From: Candidatus Undinarchaeota archaeon
GTDB taxonomy: Archaea; Undinarchaeota; CAZWFW01
Length of the DNA stretch: 64,000 nucleotides
NCBI GenBank assembly: GCA_964633445.1
Contig: CAZWFW010000001.1
Span: 6,339 to 70,338 of the forward strand
Reading direction: 5' to 3'
Part shown: in pieces, positions 37,085-46,491 of the stretch
Layout of the letters: each line of letters starts with the position of its first letter
How positions within the stretch are numbered: position 1 is the first letter of the stretch
Notes under the pieces: model-generated
What the model was told of the DNA's origin: nothing
The model's database searches: none
The model's input: only the letters and a program-made list of their open reading frames with translations
Translations under genes and position numbers: made by a program

Positions 37085-37384
37085 CTAGAACTCCTCAGCC
37101 TCTTCATACTTTCTAGGTACTCTTATTAAAACAACATCACCGAACGCCGAGACTTCTGAGAAAGGAACAAGCAAAACTTTGGCTTTCTCAGGATCTGTAC
37201 TTTCCTTCATTAATTCAAGAATTCTTTTATAAATTATACTATCAGACGAGAGCTGGATGACCAAACCATAAACGTGACTCCTCTCTATATCAAGCTGAAT
37301 ATCCTTAACTTTTCCTACATAATTAGCATTCATCGTGTAAACATCTCTACCTATAATCTCCGAAAGAGGAAGCTTCTCAACCAT
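37085..37384 (-). CDS. PRC-barrel domain protein
   Basis: 99 aa. IIGRDVYTMNANYVGKVKDIQLDI...GLVI is typical of archaeal PRC-barrel proteins. Confidence 0.7.
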   Translation of the reverse strand: MVEKLPLSEIIGRDVYTMNANYVGKVKDIQLDIERSHVYGLVIQLSSDSIIYKRILELMKESTDPEKAKVLLVPFSEVSAFGDVVLIRVPRKYEEAEEF

Positions 37385-37454
37385 ACTGGGTCACCTTAAA
37401 TAACTATTCTTTTATGTTTATAAATCTATTTCTTTTTTAAACTTTGCTATGATT

Positions 37455-38291
37455 TTAAAAATCAAAAAGGCTTTTCTGGGCACCTTGCATAATGAAATTT
37501 GCTAGCTTTATTTGCATATTATCCCTAGCTGCTATTGTTTTAACCTTTGCTTTTTCTTCAATGATTCTCGCTTCTTTTTCAGGATTTGCCTTCAGCATAG
37601 CTAATCCGAAATGCTGTATGATTGCTAATTTTGGTTTAATTTCACTTAGAATTTTTATAACATCCTCGGTACATAGATGAAACTTTATTCTTCTAGCATT
37701 TGGACGCATAACATTAATTATTAAAACATCTACGTCAGAAAATTGAGAGGCCAGACCAGGAAAATACTCAGTATCACTTGTATATCCTAAAGTTACGTCT
37801 TTGAAATAAATTTTAACGCCTATGGTTGTTGGATCCTCGTGCTTACATTTTGTTGCTTCAAACTTAATACCCATGATTTCTCTGAATTCTCCTTCATTCA
37901 GAATGAAAATGTTGCAAAGGCTTGCATGGTATTTTGTTATTACAGGAAATCTGTCATCAACTCCCTCAACAACGCTTTCGCTTGCCAAAACGTATCCTCT
38001 CTTCGTACTTGCCCCCTTAGCCATTGCCTCTATCAGAACATTAGCATCATTGCAGTGATCTGGATGGGCATGGGTAACTATAATAACATCAAGATTTCTA
38101 GGATTCAGGTTGTTATCGACAGACCTTACCAAAGCACCTGGCCCAGGATCGACATGAATGTTAAGGTTGCTGTGGATTCTGAATCCTGCAGTTGCTCGCA
38201 TTTGCGTAGTCATGCAATGTCTTCCTCCACCACTACCGAGGAAAAATATTTCAGTGGCAACTTGTTCATGCATTAAAGAAAAAAATAACAT
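37455..38291 (-). CDS. Metallo-beta-lactamase-fold hydrolase
   Basis: FLGSGGG and the HAHPDH metal-binding motif. M7 (38273) is an alternative start. Confidence 0.8.
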   Translation of the reverse strand: MLFFSLMHEQVATEIFFLGSGGGRHCMTTQMRATAGFRIHSNLNIHVDPGPGALVRSVDNNLNPRNLDVIIVTHAHPDHCNDANVLIEAMAKGASTKRGYVLASESVVEGVDDRFPVITKYHASLCNIFILNEGEFREIMGIKFEATKCKHEDPTTIGVKIYFKDVTLGYTSDTEYFPGLASQFSDVDVLIINVMRPNARRIKFHLCTEDVIKILSEIKPKLAIIQHFGLAMLKANPEKEARIIEEKAKVKTIAARDNMQIKLANFIMQGAQKSLFDF

Positions 38292-38308
38292 TGATTAGAT
38301 AAAACTTA

Positions 38309-39361
38309 ATGATAAACAAAAAAGTAAGATTGATAGAGTTTTCAAAATTTGACAAATGTACGACTGTTTATGAAACCTCTAGGCGAATTCCATTATTCAA
38401 GACATTAATTTCCAATAAATGCATAAATAATTGCTTATATTGCGCATTCAGAAGAGATAGAAGATGCGAGAGGATGGAGTTTAACAATGAGGAAATTGTG
38501 AAATTGACTTTTCTGTTAAAAAATAAGGGTTTAATAAGGGGCGTATTCTTTAGCTCAAGCGTTGATAGAGACCCTGATGCGACAACTCAGAAACTTGTTA
38601 GCATTTCTATGGAACTTAGAAAGAAAGGATTTAGTGATTACATACACCTTAGGCTGATGCCTGGTTGCAGCAAAGATCTGATAAAAACAGCTTTATGCCT
38701 AGCAGATAGAGTTGGCATAAATGTTGAGGCTCCAAAGGGCGTTTTCAGCGAAATTTGTCCAGATATAGACCTCAAATACGACATTATCAAAAGATTTCAA
38801 ATTATGTTTAAATTAAAGAAAAAGTTAGGTGTTAAGACCGACATTGACACTCAGTTTGTCGTTGGAGCAGGTAACGAGACTGATAAAGAAATTCTTCTAA
38901 CAACTTACAGACTTTATAGGAAGTTCAATCTTAAAATTATTTACTTCAGCCCATTCGAACCTGTGAGGGGGACTCCCCTGGAGAATAGGAAGGTCTGCGA
39001 AAAGAAAAGGATTTTAAGGTTGTATCAGGCAAGCTTCCTAATAAGAGATTATGGAATAAGAATTAGGAATTTGCTTGATATTCTGGAGAATGACATGCTA
39101 CCTGATGAAGATCCTAAGGTGCTGATTGCAAGGGGTATGGGCATCTTTCCTATAGACCTAAATAATGCAAGCATAAAGGAATTAATGTTTTTACCTGGAG
39201 TTGGAAAATTTACTGCGAGAGAAATAGTAAAATTGAGGGAGAAAAAGAGAATTGAAAAACCTGGAGATTTACTTAGCATCATGAGCGTTGAAAAAATAAG
39301 GAAAATTACACCCTTTGCAAAATTTAGATATGCTCAAAGAAAGCTAATAGAAGACTACTGA
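38309..39361 (+). CDS. Radical SAM protein with C-terminal helix-hairpin-helix (putative DNA modification/repair type)
   Basis: CINNCLYC (CxxxCxxC) cluster motif and C-terminal Hh[21 protein letters not shown]. Confidence 0.8.
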   Translation: MINKKVRLIEFSKFDKCTTVYETSRRIPLFKTLISNKCINNCLYCAFRRDRRCERMEFNNEEIVKLTFLLKNKGLIRGVFFSSSVDRDPDATTQKLVSISMELRKKGFSDYIHLRLMPGCSKDLIKTALCLADRVGINVEAPKGVFSEICPDIDLKYDIIKRFQIMFKLKKKLGVKTDIDTQFVVGAGNETDKEILLTTYRLYRKFNLKIIYFSPFEPVRGTPLENRKVCEKKRILRLYQASFLIRDYGIRIRNLLDILENDMLPDEDPKVLIARGMGIFPIDLNNASIKELMFLPGVGKFTAREIVKLREKKRIEKPGDLLSIMSVEKIRKITPFAKFRYAQRKLIEDY

Positions 39362-39669
39362 TATTCTCGCCAAGTATACTTACATTTTGTGCATCTGAAG
39401 AATCTTGTTTCAGGCTCATCCGCAGCTCTTGTTTGCTGTGTCCAGTAATATGCTTCGTTATGACCACATTTAGGACACTCAACTTTTGTTTTTGGTAGAA
39501 GCTCCACATCTTTAACAATTGCCAGTTCGTCTCTTTCTTCTTTCTTTATCTTTCCAGAGATGGTATACTCCTCTTTATCAAATTTACTTTCCTTATATCC
39601 GCATTTCCTGCAAACTAGTTCATCTCCCTTTGGGAACATCATGCTACCACACTTAGGACAAAACTTCAT
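39355..39669 (-). CDS. tfs: Transcription factor S (TFS/RpoM, TFIIS-like)
   Basis: N-terminal Zn ribbon CPKCGS...CRKCG and C-terminal ribbon CPKCGH...[19 protein letters not shown] with an acidic tip. 104 aa. Confidence 0.9.
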   Translation of the reverse strand: MKFCPKCGSMMFPKGDELVCRKCGYKESKFDKEEYTISGKIKKEERDELAIVKDVELLPKTKVECPKCGHNEAYYWTQQTRAADEPETRFFRCTKCKYTWREYQ

Positions 39670-39710
39670 TGTTCCACAAAAAGGATAGTATTAGAGAAGT
39701 ATATTTAAAA

Positions 39711-40190
39711 TTATTTTCTAAGCAAGAAGGTGATTATTTCTGAAAAAATTACCTTAACCCAACCAATGTAGGGTATTCTAAAAACAACTCTACCCAAAAC
39801 CATGTTTGGGTTCACTGGTGGAGATATTCCTACATCCTGATCTGCAGCTGGATTATTATCTCCTCTAGTTATAAAATATCCCTCATTGGTAATATTAATA
39901 ACTCTGTGAACAATTCTCATGCCACTTGGTGCCTTATAAACAATTATATCACCAATTTTTATGTCCTGAGGGTCTACCCCTTTAACAATTAGCACATCAC
40001 CTTTATGAATAGCGGGATACATGCTATTAGACATAACAGCTACCAAAGGCGTCTCCGTTTTTAGAGCGTAACCTAAGGCATGATTGAAAGTGAAACTAAA
40101 AACTATGGCGAAAGCTATCCAGAATATCCAACTTTTCAACTCCTCTTTATCAATTTTTAATACAATTCTCAAGTCCAACACCCCTTGCAA
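39711..40190 (-). CDS. Signal peptidase I (archaeal Sec11/S26B type)
   Basis: SNSMYP (catalytic Ser), VHRV and RGDNN boxes, plus an N-terminal TM. The start is non-ATG (TTG 40190 or GTG 40181), so the 5' end is uncertain. Confidence 0.82.
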   Translation of the reverse strand: MQGVLDLRIVLKIDKEELKSWIFWIAFAIVFSFTFNHALGYALKTETPLVAVMSNSMYPAIHKGDVLIVKGVDPQDIKIGDIIVYKAPSGMRIVHRVINITNEGYFITRGDNNPAADQDVGISPPVNPNMVLGRVVFRIPYIGWVKVIFSEIITFLLRK

Positions 40191-40746
40191 TTATATGAGC
40201 AACTCTTATTGGCTCTGGTATAAGGCTTCTGGTTGCACTCAGCCTTGTTATGTTTATTGCATCCTCCAAATAAATTCCCTTTGTTTGGATATAAATATAT
40301 TTAGCAGGTCTTACGGCAACTTTATAAATTTCACCGGCCTTCTGAATCATACGCCACCTGATTTCTGCGTCCTTAAAATTATTGAACAAGGCCTTTCTAA
40401 TTTTTTTAAAGTTTGGTTTATCTCGCATAACGACTATAACGGGCAAATTCGTATTTTTATAAATTTCCTCGATATCCATAACATTAAAGCCAGCATATGT
40501 TATACCATCAAGCATAATAACTCTTAGCTGCTCCTTGTGATTGCTTTTGTTAATAACCTCGATAAGTTTTTGCGTAGCATCTAATCCATCAACAGTTATC
40601 TTTGTTGCTAACAACCCATCAAGCCACAAACCCCCTCTGAAAATGGTGCAAATAAGAAAAGTCTTCTCATGATTTTTATTAAAAGGCCCATCATCAACGC
40701 CCAAAATTCTAATTTCAGGCTTTGCCTCTATTCTTTTGTAGCTCAT
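40150..40746 (-). CDS. UPF0215/DUF99 protein (endonuclease V-like fold)
   Basis: IRILGVDDGPF...ICTIFRGG.WLDG pattern. The second ATG (40746) is preferred, and 40764 is the alternative. Confidence 0.72.
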   Translation of the reverse strand: MSYKRIEAKPEIRILGVDDGPFNKNHEKTFLICTIFRGGLWLDGLLATKITVDGLDATQKLIEVINKSNHKEQLRVIMLDGITYAGFNVMDIEEIYKNTNLPVIVVMRDKPNFKKIRKALFNNFKDAEIRWRMIQKAGEIYKVAVRPAKYIYIQTKGIYLEDAINITRLSATRSLIPEPIRVAHIIARGVGLENCIKN

Positions 40747-41005
40747 TATTAAATTCCTTTTCAAATTCCTTAATTTGTTTTCTTAAAGACTTTATAGTCC
40801 TTAGTAAAGCTTCCTTAGCATCCTCCTTACATACCAAGTAAAGCCGAGGATTTGAGAGATACGGGTGATCAATAACATAACTTGCCACTTTAACGTCTTT
40901 ATCCCTATGCAAAGCCTCTCTAAGCAAATTTGCAAGTGTATGTGTCTCCCCCTCAAGTTCAATCTCCAACTTATTCTTTTTTATCTCCAAAACCTTAACT
41001 TTCAT
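40715..41005 (-). CDS. rpoL: DNA-directed RNA polymerase subunit L (Rpo11)
   Basis: LEIELEGETHTLANLLREAL...VASYVIDHPYLSNPRLYL is the canonical RpoL core. Confidence 0.85.
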   Translation of the reverse strand: MKVKVLEIKKNKLEIELEGETHTLANLLREALHRDKDVKVASYVIDHPYLSNPRLYLVCKEDAKEALLRTIKSLRKQIKEFEKEFNNELQKNRGKA

Positions 41006-41023
41006 GATAATTGGAAATTCATA

Positions 41024-41776
41024 CTATGTAATATAAATTTTTATTCTCTCATATATACTTCTTAACTCCTCTATAGAAAGGGAATAAACTTTTCTATGTA
41101 GAATTTCATCATCAAAAGGTAAACGAACTCTATATGCAGCCTCAAAAGCATTTTTTAGTGTTTTTCTTCTGTAGCAGAAAACTTTGTCAACGAATCTGCC
41201 GAAATCATTGTCAAGAATTCTTTTAGATTTCGGTTCTATAAGAACTATAGCTGAAAATACTTTTGGAACGGGTCTAAAATTTCTTGGATGGATAAATCTC
41301 AATATTTTCCCTTCGGCAAGCATATTAAATTTGACTGAGAGTCTACCATAATTAGGCATACCTGGTTTAGCTATCATCTTCTCAGCAAATTCTTTTTGAA
41401 ACATTAAAACTCCTAGCTCAAAATCGTAGCTCAAAATTTTAAAAAGTAGTTTGGAGGATATTGAATAGGGAATGTTGGATACCACTTTATTAAATTTTGG
41501 GAAATTAACTTTAAGAGCATCTCCCAAAATTACCTCTAAATTCTTAGCATCTTTAAACCTATTTTTTAGATATTCTACCAATAACCTATCTTTTTCTATT
41601 ACAATAACTTTCCTAGCTTTCCTGATGAGATATTTTGTTAGTATTCCTCTCCCTGCCCCTATCTCAAAAACTGTGTCCTTCTTATTCACATTTGCATACT
41701 TAACTTGCTTTTTTGCAATATTTTCGTTAATCAAAAATACTTGTCCTAGCTTTTTAGCTCTATAATTCCTTGGCAT
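41024..41776 (-). CDS. ksgA: 16S rRNA dimethyladenosine transferase KsgA/Dim1
   Basis: LGQVFL, SAM motif EIGAGRGILT and NIPYSISS. Confidence 0.92.
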   Translation of the reverse strand: MPRNYRAKKLGQVFLINENIAKKQVKYANVNKKDTVFEIGAGRGILTKYLIRKARKVIVIEKDRLLVEYLKNRFKDAKNLEVILGDALKVNFPKFNKVVSNIPYSISSKLLFKILSYDFELGVLMFQKEFAEKMIAKPGMPNYGRLSVKFNMLAEGKILRFIHPRNFRPVPKVFSAIVLIEPKSKRILDNDFGRFVDKVFCYRRKTLKNAFEAAYRVRLPFDDEILHRKVYSLSIEELRSIYERIKIYIT

Positions 41777-42350
41777 CTAGCATGCCAGGTCTCTTCTTAA
41801 ATTTAGGCGTAAAAACGTAGTATCTTGTTTCACCCGTAAGCTCTTTAAGGATTCTTTCAATGATCATCTTCCTAGGATCAGGTACCAGCTTTAGTCTTCT
41901 CTTTATATCTTCGAAGCTTTCAAAAGGCTTTTTTTCTCTTTCCTCTATTATCTTCTTCATATGTTGCTTCCCTATACCAGGTAATAGTTCCAAAGCATGC
42001 AACCTTGGTGTTATTGGCCCTGCTTTATTGAAAAACTCTATAAACCTCTCCTCATTCTTCTTAACCAGCTCCTCAACAACATACTTTAACTCCCCCTCCG
42101 CAGCTGGTGTTAGCTCTTGTCTTGTTAATCTTCTCTTTATATGCTTAATTTTGTCTCTAATACCCTCCCCAATATATACTCTTTCGTGTAATTCTAAAGT
42201 TGTACCTTCTTTAGGGATTACCTCAAGTAAAACAAAATTTTGCTCCGTAATTACCTGAGCTATTGGTTTTTTTAGATGAGGTGGTCTAGTATCAGTAGGG
42301 TACCCTTCAGGTAAAAAATCTAAAACTATAGCATATTCGTCCTTTGGCAT
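41760..42350 (-). CDS. DUF655 protein (OB plus HhH, putative nucleic-acid binding)
   Basis: MPKDEYAIVLDFLPEGYP... and C-terminal LELLPGIGKQHMKKIIEERE (HhH). ATG 42350 is preceded by GGTGGGG. The track start is a GTG 9 nt upstream. Confidence 0.75.
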   Translation of the reverse strand: MPKDEYAIVLDFLPEGYPTDTRPPHLKKPIAQVITEQNFVLLEVIPKEGTTLELHERVYIGEGIRDKIKHIKRRLTRQELTPAAEGELKYVVEELVKKNEERFIEFFNKAGPITPRLHALELLPGIGKQHMKKIIEEREKKPFESFEDIKRRLKLVPDPRKMIIERILKELTGETRYYVFTPKFKKRPGMLDAKEL

Positions 42351-42368
42351 TATCCCCACCTAAAATTT

Positions 42369-42701
42369 TTAACTCGATTTTAGAACGCTATTAACAGCCT
42401 CAAGTATCTTATTTATATCTTCTTGCTTTAACTTGTATCTCTCTCTAGCGAAAATTATTCTGACATCATCAGCATCTTTCGGTAAGATATCAACAATCTT
42501 TGCTGCAACCTTCTCATCATATCCCAGTTCTAAAATTTTCTTCTTTAATTGTTTTGCTTTTGATAATTCTAGTTTAGCATATTTTTCTGCGTAATCCAAT
42601 GCTAGTTTTTGATAATCATTCAGATTTTCTAAGGAATTAAGCATATCTGCAACCTCTGCTAAACTTAACACCTTTTCTTTAACAACTTTTTTCCCAATCA
42701 T
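42369..42701 (-). CDS. rpoF: DNA-directed RNA polymerase subunit F (Rpo4)
   Basis: 110 aa in the conserved position after rpl21e. The pattern ...LSLAEVADML...YAEKY...KIVDILP... resembles Rpb4/RpoF. Confidence 0.78.
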   Translation of the reverse strand: MIGKKVVKEKVLSLAEVADMLNSLENLNDYQKLALDYAEKYAKLELSKAKQLKKKILELGYDEKVAAKIVDILPKDADDVRIIFARERYKLKQEDINKILEAVNSVLKSS

Positions 42702-42994
42702 CTAACCTTCACAAGCTTTAAATGTTCTGGTAATGCGATAATCTTTTTTATCGTATTCCCATCCTTCACCTCAATAACATACGCTCTTCCTCTTTTCTCT
42801 ACAACTTTACCTGTTCTTCCATAAAACCTTGGATGTGGCATTCCCTTGTGTATGCTAGGGTCAATTTTTATGGCTACATAATCTCCAACATTAAATTCTT
42901 GAAGGGCTTTTGTAACATAGATTTTCCCCTTCTCTCTAACCCCCTTGCGAAGCTTTTTTCGCGTTTTTCTTCTAAAACCTTTTGATCTTCTCAT
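42698..42994 (-). CDS. rpl21e: 50S ribosomal protein L21e
   Basis: MRRSKGFRRKTRKKL...FNVGDYVAIKIDPSIHKGMPHPRFYGRTGKVV is the canonical L21e sequence. Confidence 0.93.
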   Translation of the reverse strand: MRRSKGFRRKTRKKLRKGVREKGKIYVTKALQEFNVGDYVAIKIDPSIHKGMPHPRFYGRTGKVVEKRGRAYVIEVKDGNTIKKIIALPEHLKLVKVR

Positions 42995-43062
42995 TTTTTA
43001 AAATAATAGAAAAACTTATAAATATACATTACTTTCAGATAGTTTTTGAAACTTCTTAAAAA

Positions 43063-43452
43063 TCAGCCACTTCCCTCCTCTGGTAGTTCCTCAGCTGCCA
43101 AAACTTTTCTAATAACTTCTATAACTGCAGATGGTTCAAAGGGTTTAACAACGTAATCCTCCGCTCCTAAATCTAAAGCCTTCTTTATAATTGCATCCTG
43201 ACCAACTGCAGAAACCATAATAACTTTTATTTCTGGAAACTCTCCCTTTATTTCTTTAAGTGTTTCAATACCATCTTTTCCCTCCATTATAATATCAAGC
43301 ATAACTAGTTCTGGTTTTTCAATCTTGACTTTTGCAATAGCCTCATCACCAGATCCTGCTTCAATAATATCAGAGTAACCCTCCTTCTCAAGTATTCCTC
43401 TAAGGACTCTTCTCATAAACTTGGAGTCATCAACTATTAGTACTTTGACCAT
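43063..43452 (-). CDS. cheY: Chemotaxis response regulator CheY
   Basis: Single receiver domain with VLIVDDS, phospho-acceptor context VMLDIIM, SAVG and a conserved K (VVKPF). Confidence 0.9.
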   Translation of the reverse strand: MVKVLIVDDSKFMRRVLRGILEKEGYSDIIEAGSGDEAIAKVKIEKPELVMLDIIMEGKDGIETLKEIKGEFPEIKVIMVSAVGQDAIIKKALDLGAEDYVVKPFEPSAVIEVIRKVLAAEELPEEGSG

Positions 43453-43608
43453 TTTCCTAAGAGTTTTATTGTAAATAAATTATACTTAAATTGTTCTACA
43501 CCTTCGTATGAATCTTTTTTCTTCACATAGGCTGCAACATCTATTACAATGTATGCTTTAATCTACTATATATATGCTTTTCGGTTACTCTCTCTTGTGT
43601 GTGAAGTA

Positions 43609-44079
43609 TTATTGAGGTGTTGTTAAACTACTTAGTTTTTCGAGCTCCTTAGGCGAAAGAATTTTTTTTACATCAATTATAAGAATTATTTTCTTATCTA
43701 TGGTTATGACTCCTGTCAAATACTTCGCTGAAATTAAAGATGTTAAAACTTGAGGAACTGGTTTTATTTCCTTTTTCGGAACTCTGATTATCTCGGAAAC
43801 ACCGTCTACAATTATTCCAACAAAAGATTCTTTCTCTACCTCAACAATTATAATATTACTACCCTTTTTCTTACTTTCAACGTTAAATCTCTTCTTTAAA
43901 TCTATAACAGGAATTATGTCACCACGCAAATTAATTAACCCTTCAACAAATTCTGGAACATTTGGCACCTTTGTTACCTCTTCTCTCACAATTATTTCCT
44001 TAGCTTGAAGTATATCCATAGCGTATTCTTCATCCTCCAATTTAAAGACTATAAGTTGCGCTTCCTCGCTTCCAACCAT
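43609..44079 (-). CDS. cheW: Chemotaxis coupling protein CheW
   Basis: LIVFKLEDEEYAMDILQAKEI...VPNVPEFVEGLINLRGDIIPVIDLKKRF is the canonical CheW domain. Confidence 0.9.
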   Translation of the reverse strand: MVGSEEAQLIVFKLEDEEYAMDILQAKEIIVREEVTKVPNVPEFVEGLINLRGDIIPVIDLKKRFNVESKKKGSNIIIVEVEKESFVGIIVDGVSEIIRVPKKEIKPVPQVLTSLISAKYLTGVITIDKKIILIIDVKKILSPKELEKLSSLTTPQ

Positions 44080-44085
44080 TTTTAT

Positions 44086-45207
44086 TTATTTTTTAAATTT
44101 TCTAATCTCCTCTAATTTTTTGCTGAATTCCTTTAGAGAATTAGCAAATCCCTCAACACTTGCTGTAACTTCCTCAGCCCCAGCTGCGTTCTCTTCAGCT
44201 GCTGCAGCAATTTCTGTTATTGTTGTCGAAACTTGTTGTATATTTTTAGCTTGTTGTTGTTGGGATGCAGAAACTTGCTGCATTTGTGCAGCAATTCTCT
44301 GAATGGCTTCAGCAATAGTTCTAAATGCTAGTAAAGCATTAGCAGATGTTTTGACAGCCTTTGTAACACTACTTTTGGCTATTCCTGCAGATTCTACAGA
44401 TTTAGCGCTATAAGTTTGTATTTCTCCAAGTAAATCGGAAATTTTTGTTGCAGCAACTCTTGAATTTTCAGCCAACTTTCTAATCTCATCAGCAACTACT
44501 GCGAATCCTCTACCAGCTTCACCAGCTCTTGCAGCTTCTATAGCAGCATTTAATGCTAGTAAGTTAGTTTGTAATGATATATCTTTTATAGTTTCGACAA
44601 TTTTTCCAATTTCCTGACTTTTACCACCCAAATTTTTAATTATATCAGAAAGCTCCACAACAATTTTCTCGCTATTTTTAAGCTCCTCTATAGCTTTTTC
44701 AGCGCCTTCCTTACCCCTAGTAGCACTTTTACTTATATCAACTGCAAGTTTTTCTGCTTTCTGAATACTTGAGCTAATTTGTTGTGAAGCTGCTGAAAGC
44801 TCTATAATTGCTTTTCTAATGTCCTCAATTTGAATAGATTGATTTTGAGCATTTTTTGCCATTTGCTGAGTAACAGCATTAATTTCCTTGGAAACATCGA
44901 CAATATTTGAAAAAGACTTCATCATCTTTTCTATTTCGCTGGAAATACCTTCTTTTACTTTCACTTCAATAGAGTCTAAAACATCGTTTAAAGCTTGTGC
45001 AAAAACTTTGAAATTAGGATCGGGAATCTCATCTGGGTTTACTCTTGCCTTTATATTTCCCTCCTTGTATATTCTAAGCAAAACTTCACATATCTTACCA
45101 ATACTTTCACTAATTTCAGAGGCTACTCTTCCCACTTCCTCAGGTTTGTTAACATGTTCAAAAACTTTAGCTTTTAACTCGTTTATGTCCAAAAATTTCT
45201 CAGTCAT
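44086..45207 (-). CDS. Soluble methyl-accepting chemotaxis protein
   Basis: Highly conserved signalling hairpin [35 protein letters not shown] see no hydrophobic segment, so it is probably cytoplasmic. Confidence 0.92.
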   Translation of the reverse strand: MTEKFLDINELKAKVFEHVNKPEEVGRVASEISESIGKICEVLLRIYKEGNIKARVNPDEIPDPNFKVFAQALNDVLDSIEVKVKEGISSEIEKMMKSFSNIVDVSKEINAVTQQMAKNAQNQSIQIEDIRKAIIELSAASQQISSSIQKAEKLAVDISKSATRGKEGAEKAIEELKNSEKIVVELSDIIKNLGGKSQEIGKIVETIKDISLQTNLLALNAAIEAARAGEAGRGFAVVADEIRKLAENSRVAATKISDLLGEIQTYSAKSVESAGIAKSSVTKAVKTSANALLAFRTIAEAIQRIAAQMQQVSASQQQQAKNIQQVSTTITEIAAAAEENAAGAEEVTASVEGFANSLKEFSKKLEEIRKFKK

Positions 45208-45291
45208 TCTATTTTTTTGTTTCTTTTACATAATTTTTATCAAAGCTCAAAGGAATTACCATCTATAAGTAATTGTTATCATCTAAAAGTT

Positions 45292-45445
45292 AAAAATCTT
45301 ATTATCTTCATGTTACTTGCAAGATCCCAGTAGCCCACTCTTAACGAGAGTGGTATGCGGGGACTGTGAGCTGGAGGGTGTATGAGCTTAGAGCGTAAAG
45401 CTCTGGGTGAATGTCTAAACTTGCAAGCCATGAAAAGATTAAGGA
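45292..45445 (-). ncRNA. G+C-rich structured island 2 (candidate ncRNA or leader; strand tentative)
   Basis: Terminal inverted repeats at 45304-45324 and 45420-45439 around the palindrome cttgcaag. Hairpin 45335-45353. The 5' block is shared with island 1. On the minus strand it ends in T5 (45292-45296). The track ORF 45279-45473 is probably spurious. Confidence 0.45.
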
Positions 45446-45753
45446 TTGGATTGAAAGTGTGTACGGAAAACAATCAACTCCTCTTCTAATGAAGGATCTG
45501 AAGAAAAAATATGAAAAAATATATGAATAGGAAAGTTTTGGTGGGAAAGATACTTTTTCTAACCTTTAGGAATCTTTGGGAAATGTTAAGGCAAGTTTGA
45601 AAACAGATCAATTAGTTTTATGAATCTGCAAATCGAATGGATCTGGTGGTTTGGTTATGTGTGTTTATAATCAAAAATTATTGAAACGCAACGTATTCAA
45701 TTAGGAAAAATTACTTAATTATAAAAATAAAAATTAGAGAGCTAGAAGTAAAG

Positions 45754-46491
45754 TTATTGTCCGATACTCTTAAAAATTCTTAAAAACTCCATTGGAATCA
45801 CTATGGTGACATTCTTCTCCGCTGCAACCTCCGAAATTGTTTGTAAGTATCTTAAACTTGCAGCATCTACGCCAAGAATTTCAGCTGCTTGTTTTAATCT
45901 TTGCGCAGCTTGAACTTCAGCCTCAGCGGTTATTATTCTTGCCCTTCTATCTCTTTCAGCTTCTGCAGCTCTAGCCATTGCTCTATGCATCTCCTCAGGA
46001 ATCTGTACATCTTTTATCTCAACCGCTGAAACTTTTACACCCCAAGGATCTGTTGCCAAATCGATTTGCTCCTGCAATACCTGATTTATTTTCTCTCTTT
46101 CAGCAAGTACCTCATCAAGCTCTGCTTTACCAACAACCGCTCTTAACGTAGTTTGAGCAATCTGGCTTGTTGCATACATGTAATCTTCAACCTTACAAAC
46201 TGCTTTTTCTGCATCGAAGACTCTTGCGTATACTACTGCATTGACCTTTACTGGTACATTATCCTTCGTAATGATTTCCTGGGGAGGCACATCAATTACA
46301 AATGTCCTCAGACTTATGATGTTTATCTTATCTATTACTGGTATAACGAATATTAATCCTGGTCCCTTAACACCGTGCAACCTTCCTAGTCTAAAAACAA
46401 CTGCTCTTTCATACTCTTTTAGTATCCTAATGGCTCTGCTCACTATAAAAAGCAAGATTATTAATACTGCAATTAATGTTCCCCATCCCAT
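45754..46491 (-). CDS. Stomatin/SPFH-family membrane protein
   Basis: N-terminal TM plus the SPFH core [27 protein letters not shown] and a Glu/Ala-rich coiled coil. Zero-nt gap after the nfeD-like gene. Confidence 0.92.
   Translation of the reverse strand: MGWGTLIAVLIILLFIVSRAIRILKEYERAVVFRLGRLHGVKGPGLIFVIPVIDKINIISLRTFVIDVPPQEIITKDNVPVKVNAVVYARVFDAEKAVCKVEDYMYATSQIAQTTLRAVVGKAELDEVLAEREKINQVLQEQIDLATDPWGVKVSAVEIKDVQIPEEMHRAMARAAEAERDRRARIITAEAEVQAAQRLKQAAEILGVDAASLRYLQTISEVAAEKNVTIVIPMEFLRIFKSIGQ

Noticed and set aside
39355-39361. 7-nt convergent overlap of the radical SAM gene and tfs 3' ends, considered as a regulatory feature.
   Set aside because: Short convergent stop-region overlaps are common in compact archaeal genomes, and nothing else distinguishes the site.
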